Assembly (NCBI GenBank): GCA_965112735.1 | Contig: OZ218961.1 | Coordinates: 62,001-126,000, forward strand | Source: Phaeosaccion multiseriatum | Lineage: Eukaryota; Protista; Ochrophyta, other classes | DNA length: 64,000 nucleotides | Reading direction: 5' to 3' | Shown here: positions 37,908 through 49,805 of the stretch, piece by piece | How positions within the stretch are numbered: the first letter of the stretch is position 1 | How the letters are laid out: every line of letters starts with the position of its first letter | Program-made: the position numbers and the translations under genes | Notes under the pieces: generated by a model | The model's database searches: none | The model's input: the letters and a program-made list of their open reading frames with translations, nothing else | Told to the model about the DNA's origin: nothing

Positions 37908-39479
37908 TCAAAGTCCTCCTCCGCCCCCCCCCCCGGAGTACTTCTTTTTTCCCCAGCTCCATGGAACGTACCTGGAGTGAAGCAGTGAGTCAGGGAGAGT
38001 GGAGTAGTAAGTCAGGGAGAGTGGAGGAGAAAGCCACGGGGAGCGGAGTGGAGTGGAGTGAGGTGAGAAGGTGGGGAGTGAGTGTGACGACGGATCCATG
38101 AGAGCGACAGGGCGACAAACGACGACGGAGAGGGAACCAACCAAGCCAGGTTTCTCTCCCTCTCTCTCTCAAACACACGCACACACTTTCTTCTCTCTCT
38201 CTCTCTCTCTCTTCTGTATCATGTTTTTATATTTCTCTAATTGTTTGTCAAGTCTTCCCACTCACTCAATCACTGACTTACTTGTGTTTGACCATGTGCT
38301 TGATTTGGCGCTTCATGGTGATGGTGAACAGCACGATGAAGTACACAAGCAGGATGGGCCAGAACACAGGCACGTTGAAGATCTCAAAGAAGGTCATGCC
38401 TAAGGCCGCCACGATGGACTTGAAGGACACAAGCCAGAACTGGAACTCCGGCAGACGACGGGAGAAGGGTCTGAGGGCGGGGTGAGGGAGGGAGGGGGGG
38501 AGGGAAGGAAGGAAGGAAGGGAGGGAGAGAGGGAGAAAGGGGAGAGGAGGAAAGGAAGAAGAGGAATATGGGGACGGAGGGAGGGACGGAAGGAGGGAGG
38601 GAGGGAGGGAGGGAGGGAGGGAGTGGGTGAGGGGGGGGAGACATTGAAGGAACGACGCAAGGTAGAGAGCAAGTGCGGACAAGCACCAGGCCAGCAGGGT
38701 GGCCTGGAAAGAGAGACCGCGTGGGGTGGGGCGGCCCTACTCCACCTTGTCTGTGTCCCCCCCCCGCCCGCCTTCCACTGCCTTCACCCGCACTACACCT
38801 CACCCTCCCCTCGCTCCTGCGCTCTCCTCCTTCGTGTCCCGTTCTGTTCCCACCGCCTCTCCCACCCCTCAGCCCTCCTCCGTTCACTGCCCCTCTCCCT
38901 CTCTCCATCCTCCTTCGCCCCCTCCTCTCTCTCCCTCTACACACACACAATGCCTCTCTACTCACCTAAACTCCTCGTCACCCGCTGTGGGAAGGGTGGG
39001 CCCTTCATTCTCAGGGTCAAACTGCGGACTCATAAACCCAATGAGGTTATTGAGAAGGAAGATACCCAGCCCGTAAGTCACTATGAACCACCCATTCACC
39101 ATATACACCCTCACCCCGTACATCACCAGTATTGCCTGGTGTCAGGACGGGAGGATCACGGGGGACAGGCCGGCGAGGGAGGGGCAGACGAAAGGAAGGG
39201 GACAAGACAGGAGCACAAGAGCATCAGCTCAGAGGAGGGAGAGACAGAGAAGGGCTGGGGCGGGAGCGATCAATGCATGCATCTCCTCTGGTAGGAAGCG
39301 AAGTAACTCAACAGTTGGGCCCCCACTGCTTCCCCCTCCTTCCCTCCCTCCTTGAGGCACTCACTCACCGCCAGGGCCAGCCACCGTCCCTGGATATGCG
39401 GTGTCGACTTGTCTAGCCAGTACTGATACGTCCTGGGGATGATGAAAGTTCGGCGGGACATTCGAGAGGGGCGGCTCAT
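37908..39479 (-). CDS. RER1: Protein RER1 (Golgi-to-ER retrieval receptor), 4 exons
   Basis: [16 protein letters not shown]; [27 protein letters not shown]...[17 protein letters not shown]; [14 protein letters not shown]...[24 protein letters not shown]. Confidence 0.95.
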
Positions 39480-40336
39480 CAGTCATGAGCGAGGTCGGGG
39501 GTCAGGGCCGGCAGCCCCAGTGCCGTCGGGTATGCCTGATCAGAGCAGCCGCAGGCACAAGTATTGGCCTATTGGACCCGCAGGATGCCTCTTCAGGGCG
39601 CTGTCTCTGCGAGGTGTCGTGTCCACTGCGGCTGAGCGTCGCTGGAGCTCGGCACGTCGCCGCGGAACAGCATCCAGCAGCGGGGAGAGAATTCACGGCT
39701 CTGGGCGGAATCTCTTCCCGAAGACCAGGCCACATCTAGTGCAGCACTCACAAGCACCCAGAATAGCAGTATGTGCTGCCTACGCTTGTCAGTTAACATC
39801 ACCCCGGTCCCTCACGCCTTCCCCTCGCAACGCCGTACCCACCTGCCGAGCTTTGCCTTGAAATGGTCCACACCCGAGGAGCCCTCCCCCCCCCCCGACC
39901 CGTTCATCTTGTCTGACCTCCCTGCAAGACTTCTCTGGTCCCTCTTGTCCTCTTGTGCTTCTCTCTGTGGCTGCTGCCCCCAACCGCTGGAGCCTCCCCC
40001 CCGTCTGAGAGAGAGGGAAGTTGGGGGAATGCAATTGCCTCAGCCACGGCCGGCGGGCACCTCTTCGTGCCTCTGATCTCCTCGAGCACTACTTTACTCC
40101 GTATGCCTGTCTTCACTACTCGTCGTGAGGGGCTGGTGTGTGCCTGCTGCTCTGAAGAACCACGCGGCGGAGTGGTCGATGCTTCGACTGGAGCCAGGGA
40201 ATCTCGAAGAGCTCGAAAGCTTGTGTCGAGCTCAGAGGATTGAACATCGCAAATCAAATCTTGTCTTTGTAGAGGATAAAGAGTACGAGAGAGGAGGAGC
40301 AGCAGGATTAGAGGGCGGGATTATGCGCAGCACTCA

Positions 40337-42451
40337 ATGTCGGGCTTAGATTGTACTGCCGGGAGAGGGAGGAGGTGGAGCAGGAGCAGGAGGAGGAGAG
40401 GGGACAGCCTCAAGGCCCTGGCTCTGCCCACGGTGGTCTACTTGAGCTCCTGTCTGGAGAGGTCTCAGGCTTACGTGCCAGCCTCGATTGGTCTTCCCAA
40501 GGAGGGCAGGCAGCTTGGTCCGCTCTGTCGGCATGCGAGTAGAACGTTGAAGCAGCAGGGGCAACGACCAGGGGAGGGAGGGCAGCTCCCGGTCGCTCAT
40601 CAGGCAACTAACGCTCGTCAACGTCCCGGGACCAGCGTAGTGCTGCAGGCAGGATGGTGGAAGTCTCCTCCGCCTCCTCCTCCCCCTCCTCGCCAGAAGG
40701 TGGAGCCCGAAGGAGGGGAGGAGAGGCGAAGCTCGCCTCAGGACACGGGGGAAGGGCAGTGGAGTGAGGGCGACAGCAGCGGCGGTAGGCGGAGAAGGCG
40801 GAGACGGGAAGGAGAAGAGGAGGAAGTGTTTTCCAGTCGAGGAGAAGTAGACGTAGAAGGAGACGGCAATGGCGACGGAGACGGAGCGGGAGGGGAAGAG
40901 GGAGTGGACGGACCAGGCATGTTACGCACGACCATGTGGTGGGCAATGCTGCAGGGGCCGGCCACGCCCATCGCCCTGCCCTTGATGATGATGATGGGGA
41001 GAGGCAAGGGCGGGAAGGGCAAAGGCAAAGGCAAGGGGGAAGTGGGGGGGGGAGACGAAGGGTCTGGTGGGGGCGTGGGCGGATTCTTGTCCAACATGGT
41101 ACCGAATCTTGGAGGAGGGGGGCGCACCGAGGATGGTGTTGACGATGGCGGAGGGAAAGCAGCGCGCGGGGCTGGCGGCAGGGGTGATATCGATTGGGAC
41201 GCCCCCTGGGGAGGGAGGAGGGAAGAGGAGGAGGGGAACAGGGAGGAAGCGGGCGGACCAAGGCCCCGGGGGCGGCGGCAGCAGGACAGGGACGATGACG
41301 CGGAGTTTGAGAGTAAGTACGAGCGGGCTACGGCAAGGAGGCGCCAGCGGAGGCAGGGCAAGGGGCAGGGGCAGGGGCAGGGAGGGGCGATGTCCCCTGC
41401 GGTGCTGGCAGAGGCGCAGCTCGAGCAGGAGGACCGCCTCCTCGCAGAGGAAATGTTCCGCAGAGAGAACAGCAAGGACCCCTACGGACGTGGGGGAGGA
41501 AGCTTCTCTGGCGGCGGTGGTGCGGGGATAGGGGGTGGGTACCCCCGGTGGGCGCCCTCTTCCCCCCTCGGGTCCAACAAGAAGCAGAAAAGTGCTAGTC
41601 AGGGTCCTCCTCCCGTCACTCCTCGGGGGCCCCGGGGGGTGCGGGGCGGCTTCCCGTGTCAGTGCGGCAGTGGCAAGCCCTACCCTGTGTGCTGCTATCC
41701 TATGCATATGGGCAAGGCGGTGGCTGACACGCCTACGGAGCTAGTTAAGGCACGCTACTGCGCCTTCGCAGAGAGGGTGCCGGAGGTGTGTGTGTGTGTG
41801 GGTGTGTGTGTGTGGGTGGGTGTGGGTGTGTGTGAGTGGGTGAGTGGGTGAGTGTGGGTGGGTGGGTGGGCGCGGGGGTGGGGGGTGCGTGTGGGTGGGT
41901 GGATGTGGGTGGGCCAGTGTGGTTGGGTGGGGGGGGGGGTGAGTGGATGTGTGTGGATGGGTGGGTAGGTGAGACTTATGTACATCTGCAAGCCTTCTTT
42001 GGGACAACGAACCCTGTTTAAATCGCCTTGCCCCACCCTCTCTCTTATCCTCTCACTCTCCCTCTCTCCTTCTCCGCCCCTATCTCTCTCTCTCGCCCTC
42101 CCTCCCTGCCTTCCCCCCTCTTCCTCTGCCCTCTTCTCCCTCTCTCCCTCTCAGTTTATTATCGGGAGCACCTGGCGAGACAGTAAAGAGTGGCGTGACA
42201 ACCAAAAAGAATGGACCAAGGAAGTGCAATCGTTCTGCGACACGCACATGTTCCGCAGCATCGACCTCGGCCCCGAGCGTTTCGACGAGAAGGACAAGGG
42301 GCTCTGCTCACTCATATTCACAGTCAACCTCGTGTGGAGGGAGACGGGCAAGGAAGTGAGCTTCACTGAGAGAAGTGTGCTGGTGTGGGAGACGGGGGCG
42401 TGGTTCTACGGAGGCGGGGAGCTGCTGGAGGTGGTGGAGCAGGACGACTGA
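40337..42451 (+). CDS. SEC-C motif / YchJ (UPF0225)-like protein with a long disordered N-terminus; exons 40337-41785, 42155-42451
   Basis: PCQCGSGKPYPVCCYPMHMG...TPTELVKARYCAF...FIIGST...FTERSVLVWETGAWFYGGGE. Confidence 0.85.
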
Positions 42452-43650
42452 GACTTGGTGGCGACTGAGGCTTGGCGACGACTGACTAACCCACGGACAC
42501 CCAAAACCCACACCGACTGCTATTGTGCCAGTGGAAGTCAAGTTGTGGGGGGTGGGATAGGGCAACGTGTGAGAGTGCTACTTGGAGAGCTCCAGGAAGA
42601 GGAGGGGTGGGGAGGGCTGGGGTGGATCAAGGGATCGACCGGATGACTGACTCGGTCGGGATGAAGGGGGAGGGAGAGCTTAGGTTTCAGTTTCGGTTGT
42701 TGCTTCCTCCACGCAGTTTCAACCGAACGATGCAATACGTCCCAGGGCAGCCGATAGCGGCTTTCGAGTCGATAATGTGGATCCATATTTGGGATGGAGG
42801 AATCGATTCATTGATTGAACTACCTTGGAAGGGCAGTTGCCTAGTTTTCAATTTCAATGTAGTAGACGACCTAAACCTAAGACACTCTATACGACAATAC
42901 CCATCAGAAGCTTGTGACGTCGACTTTCTTTCGGGTCGATATAAGGTCGATAGAAGGTCGTGCAGCGATGGATAGGGCAGGGCCAGGTCAGGGTATGACC
43001 AAGTTGAGTTGAGTATTCAATCAGTGACCACAAGTCACAACTACTGAATCAACGCAGAGAGAGCGCCATGTGTTCGATCCCTCTTCGATCACACGGTCCT
43101 CCAAAGGCGTATGTATGCATGGTAGCACGCTTCTCGCGTTCAACGAAGCCTCTATTGTATCCCTAGCTGTGCACCGAGAGAGAGAGAGAGAGAGAGAGGA
43201 ACCTTACAAAACTTCCATCTATTTGACACCTCTCGAATTGACTCGAGCTCAGACAACAGGCTGTATCATTTCATCTATGAAGCCCTCTCCAAGTGTGCTC
43301 GAGCGCATGATGTAATAAGCATGTACAAACTACGACGGGAACGACGGCTCCTCCTGCTCCTCCTCCTCCCACTCACTCACTCGCTGATTCGATACAAAGT
43401 CGAACAAAACATAATGCACCCCCGCCGGTGGGCAGTGATCGACACCGCTGCCCCCGGGGGGCTCTGCCCTGCCCCTTTGCTGAAGCTGTGAAACGCCGCA
43501 AGCTCTTACCATGCCTTCTCTCTCTCCTCTCTCCTCTCTCAAGTCTCCGATGCGCTTGTGGGACTCGGCCCAGAGAGAGTGTGTGTGGAAGGTGCCCTCC
43601 CTACCCTTCATGCTTGCCCTTGGCCCGACTTGACGCACCACTGCCTCTCC

Positions 43651-44742
43651 TCAGTCCTGGCAGTCGCAGGGGTGCCCATTGGCGTGCACCCACTGCTTGA
43701 TATCCTCAAAGGTTTTGGCGTCGATGTCCCATACCGCACCCTCCCCGTTATGCCCTTCATACACTCCTCTGTCCCTGATGACCTGTGGGCACGCCCTCTC
43801 GTTCCACTCGCACTGCACTTCTTCCGATCTGAGCCACTTCAGCACAGCAAGGCTCTTACCTTCCGTGACTGCATGTCTACAGACATACGCATCCCAATCA
43901 CAGAGGTGCCGAACATTGGCGTGGAGGAACTGCAGTACCTCGAGGTGGCCCCCTGCAGCTGCAAAGCAAGCCCCATCGCGCCAGTCGTCATAATCTTCTT
44001 GTTCCAGCAAGGCTCTCGTGGGAGGATGCTCGAGAAGCCATTCCAGGACGGGAATATGCCCACTCATGCATGCCTCGTTCCAAGAGTTGGGATCAAAGTC
44101 TGCCCCACCGTCGTCCGACAGCAACCACTTGAGCATCTCCAAGTGCCCTTCCCTTGCAGCTAGGGCACACATATAGGAGCCGTTCCCCCACCACGGGCAC
44201 TGCTCCTTGTCGGGAAGGTCCTCTGAGCGCAGCCACTTGAGAACGCTCAGGCCATGCTTGCTGTTCTCCGCTGTTTCGTGACACACATCCAAGTCCCAGG
44301 GACAGTCCTTGCCATGGAGGGCCTTGCATACCTCGACATCTCCGTACCGGGCAGCGGCCTTGAAGAGCTTGGCATTTGGCTCGAGGCCCTGCCGACCTGT
44401 CGCCCAGTTCACGCAGTCCACTGAGATGACCACAGACGAGTATGCTGTCTTCACTGCTGGATACAAAGCGGTGTAGCTGGCCTTCCACTCCTTGCTCACA
44501 CCAGCCACGAAGCAGAGGTGGCCCTTTCCCAAGTGGGCCAAGATGGCACGAAGCAGCTCGAGATTTTCCAGGGTCTCGTGGCAAGCTTCAAAGAGCAGCC
44601 CATTCACTGAGGGCGTAGCACTGGCACCCCCACTTGCTGTTGTTGCTGGAGACCGTCTCAGCCTCCTTCCCTGTGCAGAGTCATGCGGCGCCTCCCCATG
44701 CCCCAATGCCGTTCTCCTCCTCCGCTGCAGCCTCGTCTCCAT
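43651..44742 (-). CDS. F-box-like/ankyrin-repeat protein, copy 1 (N-terminal type A)
   Basis: Uninterrupted ORF; NLELLRAILAHL...FVAGVSKEWK followed by CPW-x-C..AA..G.L..LKWL repeats. Confidence 0.85.
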   Translation of the reverse strand: METRLQRRRRTALGHGEAPHDSAQGRRLRRSPATTASGGASATPSVNGLLFEACHETLENLELLRAILAHLGKGHLCFVAGVSKEWKASYTALYPAVKTAYSSVVISVDCVNWATGRQGLEPNAKLFKAAARYGDVEVCKALHGKDCPWDLDVCHETAENSKHGLSVLKWLRSEDLPDKEQCPWWGNGSYMCALAAREGHLEMLKWLLSDDGGADFDPNSWNEACMSGHIPVLEWLLEHPPTRALLEQEDYDDWRDGACFAAAGGHLEVLQFLHANVRHLCDWDAYVCRHAVTEGKSLAVLKWLRSEEVQCEWNERACPQVIRDRGVYEGHNGEGAVWDIDAKTFEDIKQWVHANGHPCDCQD

Positions 44743-45359
44743 TATTTCGTCGAAATGGGTCTCGGGATAAACACGAGTAAGTAAGCACCCAGATGGTAGG
44801 AGGAGAAAGGTTGCTGAAGAAGGGGGGAGTGGAAGGAAAGGCGGAGCGGAGCACAGGGAGAGAGAGAGAGAGTGTGAGCGGCTGTGGAAGAAGGGCAGCA
44901 GCAGAGAGAGCAGATGGCCAGCATGATTCATACATCTGTTGTAACTCCTCCCACTCCTCTTCCCCACAACTCTTCCCCGCTTCCCCCGTCTTGCTCCCCC
45001 CTCAAGAACAGAGGGGCGGGCTATCTCCGGTAGCAGGCACTTACCAGCGCCAGCAGAATCCTTTCTTTCTATCAGCCTCACCCCCTTCCCTATGCTGCCT
45101 ACTGTTTTCATGCGTGGGAGGTCTTGCGGCCCGTATATCGTATATCGTACGGAGCCATATCACGGAGCTCCTGGCAGGCCCGCCATCTGTGGGTCTGGAT
45201 GTCGAGACCCTGAGGCAGGCAGCGCGCAAAGGCCCAACAAAACATATTAATCACGAGAGCTTCTCTGATCAGTGCCATGCTGCGCTCCAAGCTGCAAGCT
45301 TCCTCCGTGTGATACCTTCCCTCGACCAACCCCCCTGGCCACCGTTGACAGCCCTTCGC

Positions 45360-45409
<50 letters not shown>

Positions 45410-45806
45410 ACACAACCACACACACACATACTTCATAAGTAATTCTTAGGTTGATTCATATAAGAGAATTGCTGCTCCACTTACTCACTCAAGCTCTGTC
45501 AGGCCGTACTCGCTGCCGAAGTCCTCGTCGAACCATATATACGTATTCACTGAAGCCTCCCACCAGCCGAAGGGCGCAAAGTGTCCCGCGAACATGCCAC
45601 AGACACGATGATGAGGGCACCTCCCTCTGCTGATAGACCGCTTGGAACAAACATTCACAGCAGCGCCTCGAAGCGCGACAGCCACAGCCGTCCATCCTGC
45701 TCTGTACTGACCCGCGCTCACCGGAAGCCTCCCCAAACGTACGCTAACTGCCCCCCCACCCCTCCCCCCATGTCTCTCTCTCCATCTGTGCGAGCTTGTT
45801 CTCCTC

Positions 45807-46817
45807 TCAGTCCTGGCAGTCGCAGGGGTGTCCATTGGCGTGCACCCACTGCTTGATGTCCTCAAAGGTTTTGGCGTCGATGTCCCATACCGCGCCCTTG
45901 TTAAACTGTTCATGCACTCGTCTGTCCCTGATGACTTGCGGGCACGACATTGCGTCCCACGGACACTGCACTTCCTCCGATCTGAGCCACTGGAGCACGG
46001 CAAGGCTCTTACCCCTCAAGACTGCATATATACAGACCACAATATTCCAATCATAGAGGTGGCGAGCATTGGCGTGGAGCAGCTGCAGTACCTCGAGGTG
46101 GCCCCCTGCAGCTGCAAACCAAGCCCCATCGCGCCACCTGTTATCATCATTTTCTTCCAGTAAGGCTCTCGTGGGAGGATGCTCGAGAAGCCATTCCACG
46201 ACGGGAATATGCCCACCTTCACATGCGACGTTCCAAGAGACGGCAAGAAAGTTTGCCCCACCGTCGTCCGACAGCAACCACTTGAGCATATCTAAGCGCC
46301 CTTGACGTGCAGCTTGGCAACACATTTCGCAGCCGTTTTCCCACCACGGGCACTGCTCCTTGTCGGGAAGGTCCTCTGAGCGCAGCCACTTGAGTACTCT
46401 CAGGCCATGCTCTCTGTTACGCACTGTTGCCTCGCACACATACTCACTCCAGGGACAGTCCTTGCCATGGAGGGCCTTGCATACCTCGACATCTCCGTAC
46501 CGGGCAGCAGCCTCGAAGAGCTCCTCAGTTAGCTCGAGGCCCTGCCGACCTGTCGCCCAGTTCACACACTCCACAGAGCTGACCACGGATGAAAAGACGG
46601 TCTCTGCTGCTGGATACAAATCGGTGCAGTACTTGCCCCTCCACTGCGTACACACACCAGCCACAAAGCAGTGGTGCCCCTCTCCTACGTACTCCAAGAC
46701 TTCGCGGAGCAGCTCGAGATTGGCCAGCAGGACTTCGTGGCAGGCCTCGAACCCTTCATCTGAAGCAGCGGCAATGGCAAGGACCAATGTCCGTCTCCGC
46801 TGCCGTCTTGTCTGCAT
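45807..46817 (-). CDS. F-box-like/ankyrin-repeat protein, copy 2 (type B)
   Basis: Paralogue of copy 1; starts MQTRRQRRR. Confidence 0.85.
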   Translation of the reverse strand: MQTRRQRRRTLVLAIAAASDEGFEACHEVLLANLELLREVLEYVGEGHHCFVAGVCTQWRGKYCTDLYPAAETVFSSVVSSVECVNWATGRQGLELTEELFEAAARYGDVEVCKALHGKDCPWSEYVCEATVRNREHGLRVLKWLRSEDLPDKEQCPWWENGCEMCCQAARQGRLDMLKWLLSDDGGANFLAVSWNVACEGGHIPVVEWLLEHPPTRALLEENDDNRWRDGAWFAAAGGHLEVLQLLHANARHLYDWNIVVCIYAVLRGKSLAVLQWLRSEEVQCPWDAMSCPQVIRDRRVHEQFNKGAVWDIDAKTFEDIKQWVHANGHPCDCQD

Positions 46818-47395
46818 TTTGCCGTCAAAGCCAGTAAGCCCTTGGGATGAGGGGGGGAGGATGTACCCCCGGAGACCCAACGGGAAGGTGCGAGTAGGTC
46901 CTATGGGAGGCGATCAGCTTCTGTGCCAGGGGGACAGCGGCAGGGGGAGAGCGGAGGAGGGGGACAATGAGAGCTTGTGGAGAAGAGGCGGCTCTGAAAT
47001 GCCTGCTCCAGGGGAGAAAAGGAGAAACAAAAACGTCTGCGGCTTGTCGTGCAGGCCCCATGGGCTTGTCAATCTCCCCAGCCACAGATCAGAGCAAAGG
47101 CTTACCCGAATCACGCTACAAGTAGTACCAAATTCAAAAAAGGAAAAAATCTGTGACTTTGGATGAGGAGGCCGCGAAGATGCATGCAAAAGATCCTTAC
47201 ACTATTGTATGTCGATAGGCTGCAGGGCCGGGTCAGGGTATGACCACGTTGAGTTGAGGAGTCAATCGGTGACCACAAGTCACAAGTACTGACGCAGAGA
47301 GAGTGCCATGTGTTGGATCCCTCTTCGATCACACGGTCCTCCAAAGGCGTATGTACGCATGGTAGCACGCTTCTCGCGTTCAACAAAGCCTCTAT

Positions 47396-47719
47396 CCCTA
47401 ACCCCAAATTTATGGTCATAAAAAGTGGACTTTATTTTCGCACGTTGGGCGAAAATGGAGGTTTCCGACCGTCATTTTTTTTCCTCCTTTAAATCATGAT
47501 CACACTCCTCCACGCGCGGATGATGCAATCACTGGTCGGGTCGTCATTTTGAGGGCGATACCAAGACAGGCTAATGTCATATTCTCGTCGGCGCCTCACA
47601 CGACAACGCCATCAAACTCCAATTTTAAGGATGAAAGAAAATGACCGTCCATTCCGGCCCTTCGAAAAATTAATGTCCTATTTTTATGATATTAATTATG
47701 ACATTAATCGGGGTTAGGG
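47396..47719. mobile_element. 324-bp MITE with CCCTAACCCC...GGGGTTAGGG termini, ~100-bp imperfect TIRs and a 4-bp TSD CTAT (piggyBac-like ends)
   Basis: The paralogous flank at ~43148 shows the empty site GCCTCTATTGTATCC; CTAT at 47392-47395 and 47720-47723. Confidence 0.9.
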
Positions 47720-48239
47720 CTATTGTATCCCTAGGTATGCACCGTATTGGAAGAGGGGAGACCGGACCCTTACTTCAATCTATTTGACACCTCTCGAATT
47801 GACTCGAGCTCAGACAACAGGCTGTATCATTTCATCTTTGTAGCCCTCTCCAAGTGTGCTCGAGCGCATGATGTAAGAAACATGGACTGTGTGATGTAAG
47901 AAACATGTGCTAACTACAACGGGAACGACGGCTCCTCCTGCTCCTCCTCCTCCCACCCACTCACTCGCTGATATGATACAAAGTCGAACAAATCACAACG
48001 CACCCCGCCGGTGGGCAGTGATCGACACCGCTGCCCCCGGGGGCTCTGCCCTGCCCCTTTGCTGAAGCTGTGAAACGCCGCAAGCTCTTACCATGCCTTC
48101 TCTCTCTCCTCTCTCCTCTCTCCTCTCTCAAGTCTCCGATGCGCTTGTGGGACTCGGCCCAGAGACAGTGTGTGTGGAAGGTGCCCTCCCTACCCTTCAT
48201 ACTTGCCCTTGGCCCGACTTGACACACCACTGCCTCTCC

Positions 48240-49322
48240 TCAGTCCTGGCAGTCGCAGGGGTGCCCATTTGCGTGCACCCACTGCTTGATATCCTCAAAG
48301 GTTCTGGCGCCGATATCCCATTCCTCCCCGTAATACCTTTCATACACTCCTCTGTCCCTAAGGATCTGTGGGCACGCCCTCTTGTTCCACTCGCACTGCA
48401 CTTCTGCCGATCTGAGCCATTTTAGCATAGCAAGGCTCTTACCCCTCAAGACTGCATGCAGACAGGCCCGAGCATCCCATTCACAGAGGTGGCGAGCATT
48501 GGCGTGGAGGAACTGCAGCAATTCGAGGCCGCCCCAGCCAGCTGCATACCAAGCCCCATTGCGCCACTTGCCGTCTTCATTTTCTTCCAGCAAGGCTCTC
48601 GTGATAGGATGCTCGAGAAGCCATTCCACGACGGGAATATGCCCACCTTCAAATGCGTCGTTCCAAGAGACGGCATCAAAGTCTGCCCCAGCGTCGTCCG
48701 ACAGCAACCACTTGAGCATATCTAAGCGCCCTTCACTTGCAGCTAGGGCACACATTTCGCAGCCGAAAGCGTACCATGGGCACTGCTCCTTGTCGGGAAG
48801 GTCCTCTGAGCGCAGCCACTTGAGTACTCTCAGGCCATGTGCTTTGTTGAACGCTGTTGCCTCACACGCCTTCTCATCCCAGGGACAGTCCTTGCCATGG
48901 AGGGCCCTGCATACCTCGACATCTCCGTGCTCGGCAGCGGCCCTGAAGAGCTCCCCAGTTAGCTCGAGGCCCTGCCGACCTGTCGCCCAGTTCACGCACT
49001 CCACTGAGCTGACCACAGATGAGTATGCTGTCTTCACTGCTGGATACAAAGCGGTGTAGCTGGCCTTCCACTCCTTGCTCACACCAGCCACGAAGCAGAG
49101 GTGGCCCTTTCCCAAGTGGGCCAAGATGGCACGAAGCAGCTCGAGATTTTCCAGGGTCTCGTGGCAAGCTTCAACGAGCAGCCCATTCACTGACGGCGTA
49201 GCACTGGCACCCCCAGATGCTGTTGTTGCCGGAGACCGTCTCAGTCTCCTTCCCTGTGCAGAGTCATGCGGCGCCTCCCCGTGCCCCAATGCCGTTCTCC
49301 TCCGCTGCAGCCTCGTCTCCAT
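48240..49322 (-). CDS. F-box-like/ankyrin-repeat protein, copy 3 (type A)
   Basis: Paralogue; starts METRLQRRR. Confidence 0.85.
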   Translation of the reverse strand: METRLQRRRTALGHGEAPHDSAQGRRLRRSPATTASGGASATPSVNGLLVEACHETLENLELLRAILAHLGKGHLCFVAGVSKEWKASYTALYPAVKTAYSSVVSSVECVNWATGRQGLELTGELFRAAAEHGDVEVCRALHGKDCPWDEKACEATAFNKAHGLRVLKWLRSEDLPDKEQCPWYAFGCEMCALAASEGRLDMLKWLLSDDAGADFDAVSWNDAFEGGHIPVVEWLLEHPITRALLEENEDGKWRNGAWYAAGWGGLELLQFLHANARHLCEWDARACLHAVLRGKSLAMLKWLRSAEVQCEWNKRACPQILRDRGVYERYYGEEWDIGARTFEDIKQWVHANGHPCDCQD

Positions 49323-49718
49323 TGTTTCGTCGAAATGGGTCTCGGGATAAACACGAGTAAGTAAGCACCCAGATGGTAGGAGGAGAAAGGTTGCTGAAGA
49401 AGGGGGGAGTGGAAGGAAAGGCGGAGCGGAGCAGCGAGACAGAGAGAGAGAGTGAGCGGCTGTGGAGAAAGGGCAGCAGCAGAGAGACCAGACGGCCAGT
49501 ATGATCACACATCTGTGTTGTGTTGTAACTCCTCCCACTCCCCTTCCCCGCAGCTGCTTCCCCGCTTCCCCCGTCTTGCTCCCCCCTCAAGAACAGAGGG
49601 GCGGGCTATCTCCGGTAGCAGGCACTTACCAGCGCCAGCAGAATCAGCCTCGCCCCTTCCTTATGCTGCCTACTTTATTCCCGCGTGGGAGGTCTTGCGG
49701 CTTTGGATCGGATGAGAA

Positions 49719-49763
49719 ACTTTATTGACTTAATAGGAATCACCTAAGAAACTGAAAGTGTGA

Positions 49764-49805
<42 letters not shown>

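Noticed and set aside
44743-45111. N-terminal extensions of type A ankyrin ORFs
   Set aside because: Frames differ between copies and a G|GTAAGT donor suggests a 5' UTR intron; the shared METRLQ start is preferred.
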